Shown here one piece after another: positions 24,470 to 33,448 of a stretch of DNA of 43,108 nt. This DNA comes from a virus, in the IMG/VR virus record IMGVR_UViG_3300002461_000252, positions 1-43,108 of that record. One strand, written 5' to 3'. The position numbers and the translations under genes are program-made. Every line of letters begins with the position of its first letter. The first letter of the stretch is position 1. Below the pieces are notes generated by a model. That model did no database searches. It was not told the DNA's origin and saw only the letters and a list, made by a program, of their open reading frames with translations.

Positions 24470-25555
24470 TTAATCTCCCGTCGCGTTGAAGAAGCCGGTG
24501 ACGACACCGCGCTGCTTGCCAAGAACTGCCGCGTCAGAGCCATAACCGTAAGAGAGCTTCTTCATGCCCCACTTTCCGATCATGCCCAGACCTTCGACCT
24601 GCTGATAGTCGTCCTTCTGCTCGCGAGACGCGTAGCGGGACTTGATCGCCCAGCCCAGCGCCTCCTGACCGAGCAGATAGACCGGCGAAACGTCCGTTCC
24701 GCCATTGCCGATGCCGGCATAGATCGGCATGTCATCGACTTCATGTAGGATCACGCCGTCCCATTCACGGTCGCCGCCGAGGAAAATCCCCTCGTTGCGC
24801 TCGATCACGGACACCTGCGCCGTTACGCTTTCCGCGTCGTTGGCGAAATCGCGGAACACAAACGGATGTGCAAACGCGATGAAATACCGCCGATTGGATC
24901 GCTTCTCGACGCTGATTGGCGTGATGCGCGGCTTGGCGGCCAGCGCGACACGCTTCAACATGGAGATGCTACGACGGGTCAGCTTGTCGTTGGTCGCATC
25001 GACGTTGGCCGCAGCGGTGGCAAACGTCGCCGAGTAGTTCGACTTGGACGCGCCGAACAGCACCCGATCGACGTTGTTAGCCGTCCAGGTATTCTTCTGG
25101 GCGGCGGTCGCGGTCTCGAACGGAACGTCGCAGTTCGTGCCGACATCGCCGAGCCGATCGATGGTCTCGAACTTCACGTCTTCGTCGGCCCAGGTCTTCA
25201 GATTGCCCTTGGAGGCTTTCCGAAGATCGATGGCGGCCAGATCGCGATCCAGCTCATGCAGCGAAATGCCTTTCTTTCGCATCCGCCAATAGATGATGTC
25301 GCCGTACTCGCCGAGCACGTCTTCATGGCCCCGAAGCGGCTGACGATCGAAGATCGCGCCCTTGGCGAGGTTGGTGATGAATTCGAACGTGATGCCGTTG
25401 CCCCGCTTGGAGGCAAAGTCTTCTTTCATCACGATCGGGTTATTGTTCGACGTGCCAGCGTACATGCTGAACGGATTGGTCTGGTAGAATTCGGTCGAAA
25501 ACTGGTCGTCCCAAACCTGGGGCGACAAGCCAGCGGTAACCCTGGTCTCAGCCAT
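24470..25555 (-). CDS. major capsid protein
   Basis: 361 aa, directly after the scaffold-like gene. N-terminus ...VWDDQFSTEFYQTNPFSMYAG...GNGITFEF resembles the N4-gp56-type capsid family (recalled from memory). Confidence 0.8.
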   Translation of the reverse strand: MAETRVTAGLSPQVWDDQFSTEFYQTNPFSMYAGTSNNNPIVMKEDFASKRGNGITFEFITNLAKGAIFDRQPLRGHEDVLGEYGDIIYWRMRKKGISLHELDRDLAAIDLRKASKGNLKTWADEDVKFETIDRLGDVGTNCDVPFETATAAQKNTWTANNVDRVLFGASKSNYSATFATAAANVDATNDKLTRRSISMLKRVALAAKPRITPISVEKRSNRRYFIAFAHPFVFRDFANDAESVTAQVSVIERNEGIFLGGDREWDGVILHEVDDMPIYAGIGNGGTDVSPVYLLGQEALGWAIKSRYASREQKDDYQQVEGLGMIGKWGMKKLSYGYGSDAAVLGKQRGVVTGFFNATGD

Positions 25556-25575
25556 GGTGTGTCCTCATGGGGCGG

Positions 25576-26385
25576 CTAACGGCCGCCCATTATTTCCGAA
25601 AGGGGGCGCGGTCCGCTGAAGCCCGGCGCCGAGTTCGGTCCCGCATTGCGGGAGCCGGCAAACGACGTGGGCATGACGGGAGGCGTCTGTGATGTTGGGG
25701 CCTGCTGGCCCGATTGCGGTTGACCATTGCGCTCGGCCAGACGCCGCTCCACTTCGGCATTGATTGCCGCCTCTGGATCGTCGCCATAGGTTTTGAGCGC
25801 GGCCTGTGCCTTGTGCCACTTGACCAATTCCCCGTAGGGATGAGGCGATGCCATGATCCGCTGGTAATCAAACAACGTTCCGCGGGGATCACTGGCGACA
25901 CGACTTCGCAATTCGGCTTCGGCAGCGTTAACCGCTTCCTCGCCGAACTTGTCGCTCGCCATCATCTTGGAGAAGTTTTCGACAATGTCCCGCTGGCCCT
26001 GCTGGACCGGCTGGATTGCCTGCTGGAGACGAAAATCAACCGCCGCCTGGGGGTCCTCGTAATAGTCCGGCTGTTTCACCGGCTCCGCTGGCTTTTGAGG
26101 CTGAAGCTGCGCAAGTCTCTGCTGCATCTCGGCAGCAAAATCCCGGCGTAGTTTCTCTTCCTGCTTTGCCAAGCGGGCATCGAGGGTCTGGATCGGAACG
26201 TAGCCGTCCAACGGATTGACTGGCTGTTGCTCCTGGGGCTGCGGTTCCGCTGCGGGGGCTTGAGGCGCTTCCGGTGCCGGCTGCTGTGATGCAAACCGTC
26301 CCTGTTCGTCTCGTCCATCGTCGCGGGTCTGCTCGGCCGGCTGATCTGCCGGGCGTTCAGACATGATCGTGTCCAAATCGGCCAT
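25576..26385 (-). CDS. scaffolding protein
   Basis: Acidic, Gln/Pro-rich, helical, 269 aa. Lies between the portal and capsid genes. Confidence 0.7.
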   Translation of the reverse strand: MADLDTIMSERPADQPAEQTRDDGRDEQGRFASQQPAPEAPQAPAAEPQPQEQQPVNPLDGYVPIQTLDARLAKQEEKLRRDFAAEMQQRLAQLQPQKPAEPVKQPDYYEDPQAAVDFRLQQAIQPVQQGQRDIVENFSKMMASDKFGEEAVNAAEAELRSRVASDPRGTLFDYQRIMASPHPYGELVKWHKAQAALKTYGDDPEAAINAEVERRLAERNGQPQSGQQAPTSQTPPVMPTSFAGSRNAGPNSAPGFSGPRPLSEIMGGR

Positions 26386-26515
26386 GTGGTTTTCCTGTTA
26401 TCGTGAGGTACGGTCACCCGAATAAGCCCGGCGGCGGCTGTCACCCTTGACGATGGCGGCTCGGCTGGTTTTAGGGCTCAGCAGCCCGTCGCCCGATAAC
26501 GCCCGGCGTCAGCGA

Positions 26516-28639
26516 TCAGTGCGCGCGCGATTCCTCACGCTGCGAATTCATGTGTGCGTCCCGAGTGGCCATAGCGCGGGACGCCTGCTCAAGCTGGAAT
26601 TTCTCGCGGGCGAAGGCCAGCTCCTGCTCATATTTGCGGGCCTCGAACTGAAGCTGCATTTCGAGCTTCTGCTGTTCCATCTGCATATCGACAGTCTTTT
26701 CCTGCTGCTTCATTTGCAGCTCGGCCAGCTTGAGATGCAATTGCCCTTGCGCCTTGGCCTGCTCCAGCTTCAACTGCGCTTCCATCTTCTGCTGCTCAGG
26801 ATTAGGCGCGCCCTGCTGGGCCTTCTCAGCGTCCGCGATGTCCTTGAGCATTTCAGCCTTGGACCGGAACGACGATGCCTTGATCAGCGTCTTCGGAGAC
26901 ACCGGGAAGCCCGTGCCGGCGAGCTTGGCCAGTTCTTGGAATTCCTCTTGCTGCATCGTACCGACGCTCGGCGCATCGTCGATCTCGATGTCTATATCGA
27001 GCTGGGCAATTTCGTTCTTCAGCTTGGGCTGGCCCGTCATCGGGTCGATTACCGGCTGCATGACAGGCTGGCCGGACGGCCCGATCGCGGGCTGGCCCGT
27101 CATCGGATCCATGACCGGCTGCATGTCCGGGGTGTTCATGCCGACCCAGCGGATAGAGTTGTCATCGTCGGTGACGCGGATCCATTCCTCGGCCTTCCAG
27201 AACTGGCGCACCCGGCGAAATGCCTTGCGGTAGGCTTCGTGATCCATATCCTTGGCGGTGTCGAACAGCGGGCTGATCGCCAGCGCACCACCTGCCTGAT
27301 TGGCTAGAATAGCCCGCCCCGAGGCGTCTTTCCCTCCGGTGCCCTGCATCGAAGCGTTGGCGCCCTGCGATTCCATGTCGGCCATGTTGAGATTGAGCAA
27401 CTCGAGCATGACCTTGGCTTGGTCATTGGTCGGGAGAATACCAAAGTCCTTTCCGAAGTCGCCATCGCCGATATCAACGTGCCCGTCCGGCTTGGCCAAC
27501 TCCTTGCGCCGGTCCAGGTCGCTCTGATCCCCCAACGAGCGATTGTTGCCGAAGGTCTGCCGCACACTGCCCAGATGCTGGATTTTCGAGGCCAGCTTGT
27601 TGATCTGGTCCTGGGTGTCGATCAGGTCGCGAATGTCGCCATAGCGGTTGTTGTCGCGATCGACATAGGCCGATCGCCAGGAATACTCATGCTCGGGCTT
27701 GCCGTCGTCATCTAACCACGGCGAAACCCCTGATTTCAGGTAGCCGCCCTTGGTGAACTCGCAGAAATGCCATTGGCCGTCATCGCCGATGTAGTACATT
27801 TTGACGACGCGGACCCGGTAGCGCTTGTCATAGCTGACCCAGGTCGAATCCCTCGGCTTGTCGTCGAACGTTCCGCCGATCTGGGCAATGGAAACCGTCT
27901 CGTCGAATACCTTGGCGGCGGCTTCACCATACTTTCGCACCGCGTCGTCGCGGTCCATCCAGATCACTTCACCGAGGTAATTGGCATCGGAGAAATTGAC
28001 CTCGGACGAGAACGGATCCCAGAACATCCGATCCCAGCGGGTTCGCCGGATGACAATGCGCGGGTTGGCCTGCGGCGGTTTGAATTCCACGGTGATGCTG
28101 AAACCGCCCCAGCCCGGGACCGCCAAATCCCACCATGAGGCCGACCTGATCTGGTCATATCGGTTGGACTGCATGATGAACCGCAGCGCGTCGGTGCAGT
28201 CGTTGGCGTCGAAATCGTGCTTGGGTGTCCTTGGCAAGGCCCGGGGTTGGGTTCGCTGCTGCTGCTCAAGGCCCTGAAGGTATTTCACCTTCATGCGGAT
28301 TTTGTTCTTGACGACGGCGGCCTGCCCGCGATCGGCCAACACCAAGGCGTCCTTGGAATCCCACTGCTTGTTGTCGAAATAATCCACGTCGCGCTCGGAG
28401 CGCTCACGGGCGGAACGGCTGGCGTCCTCCGAGGCTTCGAACATCTCAACCAAACGAGTATGCAAATCCTTCCAGTTCACGGCCGGCGGGTTCAGGCCTT
28501 GCCCAGCCGCCGGCAACTGTGCGGAATCGGTCGCAACCGGCAACTGTCCTGTCGTCACGAGCGCGCGGCTCGGCACAACAGCCGGTATGGCCTGGGTCCC
28601 GAACGGGGATTGGCCTTGCTGGACGCGGGCGATGGGCAT
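26516..28639 (-). CDS. portal protein (707 aa) with a long C-terminal coiled coil
   Basis: Size and position after TerL. The C-terminal 100 aa are Q/E/K/L heptads, like the P22 portal barrel. Confidence 0.85.
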   Translation of the reverse strand: MPIARVQQGQSPFGTQAIPAVVPSRALVTTGQLPVATDSAQLPAAGQGLNPPAVNWKDLHTRLVEMFEASEDASRSARERSERDVDYFDNKQWDSKDALVLADRGQAAVVKNKIRMKVKYLQGLEQQQRTQPRALPRTPKHDFDANDCTDALRFIMQSNRYDQIRSASWWDLAVPGWGGFSITVEFKPPQANPRIVIRRTRWDRMFWDPFSSEVNFSDANYLGEVIWMDRDDAVRKYGEAAAKVFDETVSIAQIGGTFDDKPRDSTWVSYDKRYRVRVVKMYYIGDDGQWHFCEFTKGGYLKSGVSPWLDDDGKPEHEYSWRSAYVDRDNNRYGDIRDLIDTQDQINKLASKIQHLGSVRQTFGNNRSLGDQSDLDRRKELAKPDGHVDIGDGDFGKDFGILPTNDQAKVMLELLNLNMADMESQGANASMQGTGGKDASGRAILANQAGGALAISPLFDTAKDMDHEAYRKAFRRVRQFWKAEEWIRVTDDDNSIRWVGMNTPDMQPVMDPMTGQPAIGPSGQPVMQPVIDPMTGQPKLKNEIAQLDIDIEIDDAPSVGTMQQEEFQELAKLAGTGFPVSPKTLIKASSFRSKAEMLKDIADAEKAQQGAPNPEQQKMEAQLKLEQAKAQGQLHLKLAELQMKQQEKTVDMQMEQQKLEMQLQFEARKYEQELAFAREKFQLEQASRAMATRDAHMNSQREESRAH

Positions 28640-28642
28640 TAT

Positions 28643-28906
28643 TTAATCGCCGCGCTTGCGGAGGGCAGTAACGGCTGATCCCTCTTGTGGTGCCGGCTCA
28701 TGCTTGTCGGTAAGGGCAATTTCGATCATCTCATTCCAAATTTCGCCCATAGTCATTTCTTCCCAACCTGGGCAATCAAGCATTTCTTCGGTAGGATTCT
28801 TCATAGCATCAATGGCAGCGCGGGCCGCACGCTCCCATGCTCTTTCGTCACCGTACAATTCGCCGGATAGCGCAACGATAACTCGCTCAAGCATCTCGCT
28901 TCTCAT
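28643..28906 (-). CDS. small acidic protein between terL and the portal gene (87 aa)
   Basis: The ATG at 28906 overlaps the terL stop (ATGA). The ORF-track start at 28918 is a TTG. Confidence 0.6.
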   Translation of the reverse strand: MRSEMLERVIVALSGELYGDERAWERAARAAIDAMKNPTEEMLDCPGWEEMTMGEIWNEMIEIALTDKHEPAPQEGSAVTALRKRGD

Positions 28907-30357
28907 GCCGTTTTCCAATTCGTGCTGTCGTCTTCAGCCTTCTCGAACCAGTCGAGCTTGGGCTTTGGCCCTTCGGCCACGGGCTTCTTGCCCTTCATCA
29001 TCCGGTCGAGGAGCTGTCCGACGAGGCCGAGGGCATCGACTTGATCGTCGTGCTTTCCGGCTGGGAACGACAACAACTCACTTCGTAAATCTGCATACCA
29101 AGTAGCGTTGATCGGAACGTATAGCCCTTCAAGAGCCATCCTGCCTCGGATAGACTGCGCTCTAACCGCTTTGTCGCCTCTAGTAGGGAACTGATCTCTA
29201 AAGACATAAGCCTTTCGCTCCCGTTGCCGCTTGTCCAAAAACGGGCCAACGCCGGACCGGATTTGCCCCTGCTCTTCAGCCCAGCCGACCGGCTTCCATT
29301 GCTTCACAAGATCGCAGAACGCTTCAATCCATTCGTCGGAAGCGGTTTGCTTGCGCCACAAATCGAGCAGGTACATTCGCCCTTCGGGGTCAATCCCGAC
29401 AACGGCGTGGCAAGTCCAATCTCCTCCGTCAGCGGTGACAGCGTAATCAGATCCGCCATAGACCCGGAGCGTATCGAGTGCCGGAGCTTTTTCATAAGGC
29501 TTCAGCCATTCCGTCTTGAAGTAATCGCCCTCTTCCGGCGCGGGCCGCTGCTGGTAAAGCGCGGACCATGTTCTTGCCGGCGTATTGGCGCGAAGCTCCT
29601 GCAGCTGCTCGCCGTAGCCGTAAGCATCGTCATCCCAGAGCGGCTCGCCAACTGTGCGGCCTAACTGATCGTTCTCCTCGGCAATGGCCGGAAGGGAAAC
29701 GACGTGCCAGTTCGAATGATTTAGCGCGCGTCCGGCGAGATCGTCCTCATGCCAGCGGGTTTGAATTAGTATCTCCGCAGCTCCAGGAACCAGACGAGTG
29801 CGGAAATCGTTAATGTACCAATCCCATATTCGATCCCGTATAAGTTCGGAATCAGCGTCTTGTCGTGACCTAATAGGGTCATCAATAAGCCCAAACTTAG
29901 CGCGGAAACCAGCGATGCCCGTGCCAACACCAGCAGCATAATATTCCGCGCCGCTCGTGAGTGACCATCGTCCGGCTGCTTGGCTGTCCGGGCTTGGACT
30001 AACCCCGAGTTCAATCGAGTGCTCATTGACGATGTTCCTGACCCAACGACCCCACTTCTCGGCCAGTTCAGTCGTATGCGATGCGGCCAGGATATTGGCC
30101 TGCGGTTGCCGCTGCATCAGCCACGGTGGAAACAGCTTGCTCGCATAGGTGGACTTTGCCGAGCCCGGTGGCATAAAGACCGCCAACCGCCTAAGTTCGC
30201 CACGCTCTACCGCCTCCAAGGCATTGATAAGCAACGCATGATGTCGGGCCGGCTCAAAACCGCAGAGCCTTGCAAATTCAGTTAAGCTTTTGCGGATTGA
30301 CCGGCGGCGCAACAACTCCTTCGCTGCGTCCGGCGGCGATACGTGCAAGGTCATCAT
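28903..30357 (-). CDS. terL: terminase large subunit
   Basis: FMPPGSAKST (Walker A-like), ILIQTRWHEDDLAGR, and a nuclease-half motif around GGSDYAVT. Confidence 0.9.
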   Translation of the reverse strand: MMTLHVSPPDAAKELLRRRSIRKSLTEFARLCGFEPARHHALLINALEAVERGELRRLAVFMPPGSAKSTYASKLFPPWLMQRQPQANILAASHTTELAEKWGRWVRNIVNEHSIELGVSPSPDSQAAGRWSLTSGAEYYAAGVGTGIAGFRAKFGLIDDPIRSRQDADSELIRDRIWDWYINDFRTRLVPGAAEILIQTRWHEDDLAGRALNHSNWHVVSLPAIAEENDQLGRTVGEPLWDDDAYGYGEQLQELRANTPARTWSALYQQRPAPEEGDYFKTEWLKPYEKAPALDTLRVYGGSDYAVTADGGDWTCHAVVGIDPEGRMYLLDLWRKQTASDEWIEAFCDLVKQWKPVGWAEEQGQIRSGVGPFLDKRQRERKAYVFRDQFPTRGDKAVRAQSIRGRMALEGLYVPINATWYADLRSELLSFPAGKHDDQVDALGLVGQLLDRMMKGKKPVAEGPKPKLDWFEKAEDDSTNWKTA

Positions 30358-30844
30358 CGCTCATCTGTGAGACTTCATGCCGAATGACGTGTTCCGTCTT
30401 GTCGCGCCACTGTTCCGGCCGGCGGTTCTTCAGCCAAAAGATCATTGAAACCGTATCGGGCGGCACATGTTCACGGGTCGAGGCCCGTACGATCTCGCCC
30501 TGGAACTGAAATATCTTCTCGCTCTCAAACGTGTAGCCCGTTGCTTTGTGGTACAGGCTGCGCTCTACGCGATCGTCCGCCGCTTCCTTGCCAGCTTTTA
30601 GGGCCTGACAGAACTCAGGATACTTAAGCTGCCAGCGATAGACAGTCCTGTCTGAAACATCAAAGAAATCAGCTATTTCGATATCAGTCGCGCCTAGTTC
30701 GCATAGCTTGCGAGCTTGTTCGGCATACTCAGGCTGATAGGACGACGGACGGCCACCTTTGTCAGCAGGATCATCAGGCGGCAAACCAAATGCGCGATCG
30801 GCTGCGGCTTTAATCTGTTCCTTGGTGAGTGGCTTATCCTTCAC
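30278..30844 (-). CDS. terS: terminase small subunit (HTH)
   Basis: GRPSSYQPEYAEQARKLCELGATDIEIADFFDVSDRTVYRWQ...FWLKNRRPEQWRDK is typical of TerS. GTG start. Overlaps terL by 80 nt. Confidence 0.85.
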   Translation of the reverse strand: MKDKPLTKEQIKAAADRAFGLPPDDPADKGGRPSSYQPEYAEQARKLCELGATDIEIADFFDVSDRTVYRWQLKYPEFCQALKAGKEAADDRVERSLYHKATGYTFESEKIFQFQGEIVRASTREHVPPDTVSMIFWLKNRRPEQWRDKTEHVIRHEVSQMSDDDLARIAAGRSEGVVAPPVNPQKLN

Positions 30845-30987
30845 GCACTGTCCTTCGGAACCTGTGGGGCCAAAAGCTCCTGCATCGGATCGAGCGCGAT
30901 CTTCATGATCTCGGATGCCAGCGCTTCCAGTTGCTTTTCACGGTTGGGATTGGGGCGGGGGATGAATTGGACGATGTTGTTGGTCAT
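30841..30987 (-). CDS. small ORF (48 aa) opening the late operon
   Basis: GGAG SD 6 nt upstream of the ATG. Its stop overlaps the terS GTG (GTGA). Below the ORF-track cut-off. Confidence 0.5.
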   Translation of the reverse strand: MTNNIVQFIPRPNPNREKQLEALASEIMKIALDPMQELLAPQVPKDSA

Positions 30988-31000
30988 GTCCGCTCCAATG

Positions 31001-31031
31001 AAAAACCCGCCGCGAAACTAATCGGGGCGGG
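31001..31031 (-). terminator. intrinsic terminator immediately upstream of the late operon
   Basis: The minus strand reads CCCGCC-CCGATTAGTTTCGC-GGCGGG-TTTTT. The U-run ends about 5 nt before the SD of the ORF at 30987. Confidence 0.7.
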
Positions 31032-31156
31032 CTGTCTGCGAAGCATTGCTCGGCAGGTTACACGACGCAAATCCTGCGCCTACCTGATTCGTTGCATAGT
31101 TCGCCCCTGAGCGCAAGATGGAATTACACAGGTCGGTGTTATGCACAGAACTACCC

Positions 31157-31708
31157 CTACTTCATGCCCCACAAATCCACGAACTTATCCGCCATGCCCC
31201 GAACAACAACCACCGCCGCCGACCTCGCCCGATACGGCGAGCGATACCCCAGCCCATACCCACACTGTTCCGCCGTCATGGTTTCCGAAAGGATCAGGTT
31301 CGTCGCGATGACCCGCTCCTGAAACGCCAGCTTGTCCAGCGCCCGGTTATATTCCTTCCGGTTGAACCATTGCCGCGCCGAGGCGTCCAGATAATCAAAC
31401 GGGTCCGGCGCATATATCCGGTTGAAATCCACGCTACGGCACCCGCCACCCAGTTTTGCGTTGAACCAGTGCTTGTGAAACTTGTCCAAGGCCCCGAACT
31501 GCTTCCCGTCGATCTGGCGGGCCTTCAGCATAGCCACGATCGGCCGCTGTTCGATAAAATAGACCCGCCGCCCCTGACGGTCATCCCCTACCTCATGCCC
31601 AAGGCTGGCCTTCCCAAGGCGTTGTGGCGTGGGGCCGCGATCATCGACCTGGCGGGCCGTCCTGATCTTGTCGAAGTCGATCTCTCGCCGTTTCAATGCT
31701 GTCCCCAT
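31157..31708 (-). CDS. hypothetical protein; positional candidate for a late-gene regulator (183 aa)
   Basis: Last gene before the terminator and packaging genes. The ATG at 31708 is 2 nt after the upstream stop. Confidence 0.7.
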   Translation of the reverse strand: MGTALKRREIDFDKIRTARQVDDRGPTPQRLGKASLGHEVGDDRQGRRVYFIEQRPIVAMLKARQIDGKQFGALDKFHKHWFNAKLGGGCRSVDFNRIYAPDPFDYLDASARQWFNRKEYNRALDKLAFQERVIATNLILSETMTAEQCGYGLGYRSPYRARSAAVVVVRGMADKFVDLWGMK

Positions 31709-31710
31709 GT

Positions 31711-31929
31711 TTAAGACCTCTTGACGATCTGGAGCCCGGCCTTGCTGAGCGCATACCAAACTTCATTGGTTGCTTTCGGCCCGATGATGTCGTGCATCAC
31801 CGTCCACGCATTGACGGGTTTCGACTCATCGAGCTTGAGCATTCCGAGAGATTCAAATGCCCGGATCAGCTTCGGGCCGACCAGCGAGAAATCTGCCGCA
31901 ATTGCTTTTTCTGCCTCGTCTCTCGTCAT
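31711..31929 (-). CDS. hypothetical protein (72 aa)
   Basis: Tightly packed in the operon. Confidence 0.65.
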   Translation of the reverse strand: MTRDEAEKAIAADFSLVGPKLIRAFESLGMLKLDESKPVNAWTVMHDIIGPKATNEVWYALSKAGLQIVKRS

Positions 31930-31932
31930 TTC

Positions 31933-32118
31933 TCAGCCCTCTCCGCTATCAGGTGATCGCAATTCAGTCTTTCGATGATGCCAGTTTTCCAACCACTCAC
32001 GCGATGCTTCCAGTCGCGCCAGGTATTCCGCCTTCGCCCTGCTAATCGGCAGGCCGGAGGTTTCCACGTCTAGGACTGGTTTCTCCCGTACCGTGCCGTC
32101 TGAGGGGTCGCGTATCAT
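31933..32118 (-). CDS. hypothetical protein (61 aa)
   Basis: The ATG at 32118 overlaps the upstream stop (ATGA). Confidence 0.6.
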   Translation of the reverse strand: MIRDPSDGTVREKPVLDVETSGLPISRAKAEYLARLEASREWLENWHHRKTELRSPDSGEG

Positions 32119-32789
32119 TGCATGGTCCTCAATCCGTATTTTTCCAGCAACTCCGGCGGGGCTCGGCATGATGGCGATGTCGGATCATTGCCGTGCCCCT
32201 TGGGCCAGTTGTTGTAGCGTTTGTAGCTCTCTAGGATCGCCGGCCAATCAACGCCAGATGTATCGACAACACCCACGGCAGCACCCTTTTTCGGCGCCCA
32301 CTCCTCGGAATTGAGTAGCCATTTATCCCAAGCAAAATTCCAGTTTTTGAAAACCGTGCCCTTCGCTCGATGGTGCGAACCGAATTTTTGCAGCTCCCGT
32401 TCGGCCTGGTCAGCCCCCAGCTTTCGGCAAGCGGCAATCCAGCGGATTTCATCCGGCCTCCAGCCGTCCGGCAATTGAGCGCCCCTACCTTCTTTCTTTT
32501 TATTCTTATCTAAAGATATAGAGGGCGGCGTTACTTCGTTACGGTTCGTTACGGTTTCGTTACGGTTCGTTACGCTTGGCTTGACGGTTTCCGCGTTACA
32601 CGGCGTTACGGTTTCGTTACGCTTCGTTACGCTTTTCCGGTCGCGATACCGTTGCTGCCGCTCTGCGTTTGACGACCGAAAGGAGGTTGATGCAACGCCA
32701 GCCGCAAATATCTCAGCGGCAATCGCGCCGGCTTCCCCAGCAGGGACGCCAGCGGCTATCATGCGGTTGATCAGGTCGGACAGTATCAT
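32115..32789 (-). CDS. putative replication initiation protein with iterons inside its gene (224 aa)
   Basis: The ATG at 32789 overlaps the upstream stop (ATGA). The central segment VTKRNETVT..VTNRNETVTNRNEVT is encoded by the CGTTAC array. The analogy to lambda O/ori is inference. Confidence 0.75.
   Translation of the reverse strand: MILSDLINRMIAAGVPAGEAGAIAAEIFAAGVASTSFRSSNAERQQRYRDRKSVTKRNETVTPCNAETVKPSVTNRNETVTNRNEVTPPSISLDKNKKKEGRGAQLPDGWRPDEIRWIAACRKLGADQAERELQKFGSHHRAKGTVFKNWNFAWDKWLLNSEEWAPKKGAAVGVVDTSGVDWPAILESYKRYNNWPKGHGNDPTSPSCRAPPELLEKYGLRTMQ
32529..32630. repeat. iteron array: nine CGTTAC cores with mostly 10-11 bp phasing
   Basis: Cores start at 32529, 32537, 32547, 32558, 32568, 32594, 32604, 32615 and 32625. 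The extended unit is TTCGTTACGG(T). Confidence 0.85.
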
Positions 32790-32995
32790 TGTTCCGTGTG
32801 ATGCCCCTGTACTGCCTTGCCACGAACCGCCAAGGCGGCTTCGAGCGCCAAACGAGCCTGCCATAGCCAGTTTGCCCCGGCGCCGGTCTCCTTGAGAGCC
32901 CGCTTGTTTTCGTCGCTCTCCCATAGGATACGCAGGGCATCCGCAGCGGCTTCTATCTCAGCGGCTGGGACTTGGCTTCCGTCAACGATGTTCAT
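32786..32995 (-). CDS. hypothetical protein (69 aa)
   Basis: TGATG and ATGA coupling at its two ends. Confidence 0.65.
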   Translation of the reverse strand: MNIVDGSQVPAAEIEAAADALRILWESDENKRALKETGAGANWLWQARLALEAALAVRGKAVQGHHTEQ

Positions 32996-33246
32996 CAGAT
33001 CATCCCCATCGCGGTCATGTAGGCGTCAACGTCGGCTTCCAGATCGGCAGCCTTCTTGGCGTCGGCCCGCTGCTTTCGGACGACCACGCGTAGGGCCTTG
33101 GGGTTGAACCCGTTGCCTTTGGCTTCCGCGTACAATTCGCGGATGTCGTCGGAGGTCTGCTTTTTCTCATCCTCCAGATTGTTGATCCGCGCCAGAATGG
33201 CTTTCAGTTGCTCGTTCGAATTATGCCCCGTGCTTGGTTCTTCCAT
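32995..33246 (-). CDS. GapR / DUF2312-family DNA-binding protein
   Basis: QLKAILARINNLEDEKKQTSDDIRELYAEAKGNGFNPKALRVVVRKQR...AYMTAMGM matches the UPF0335/GapR signature along its whole length. Confidence 0.85.
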   Translation of the reverse strand: MEEPSTGHNSNEQLKAILARINNLEDEKKQTSDDIRELYAEAKGNGFNPKALRVVVRKQRADAKKAADLEADVDAYMTAMGMI

Positions 33247-33448
33247 TATCTTCGCTCTGTTGCTTGAGGGAGGGGACGCGGTGGGGGTACTGTTCGTAAA
33301 ACGCTAATGCCGTTCCGGTGACGAGAATGTTCGCCAGATGCGCCTTTGATATTTCCACGCGGGTTAAATCGTCTTTGCCCTCTTCCTGATAGTTCAGGAT
33401 GTAGACCCCGGCCTGCGGGCTTGTCAGAAATGCGAGCTTGGCGATCAT
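33221..33448 (-). CDS. hypothetical protein (75 aa)
   Basis: The ATG overlaps the upstream stop (ATGA). Confidence 0.6.
   Translation of the reverse strand: MIAKLAFLTSPQAGVYILNYQEEGKDDLTRVEISKAHLANILVTGTALAFYEQYPHRVPSLKQQSEDNGRTKHGA

Noticed and set aside
26447-27307. 286-aa Leu-rich plus-strand ORF that resembles a membrane or leucine-zipper protein.
   Set aside because: It is the mirror image of the portal's Q/E/K coiled-coil codons. The portal frame is continuous and fits the operon context.
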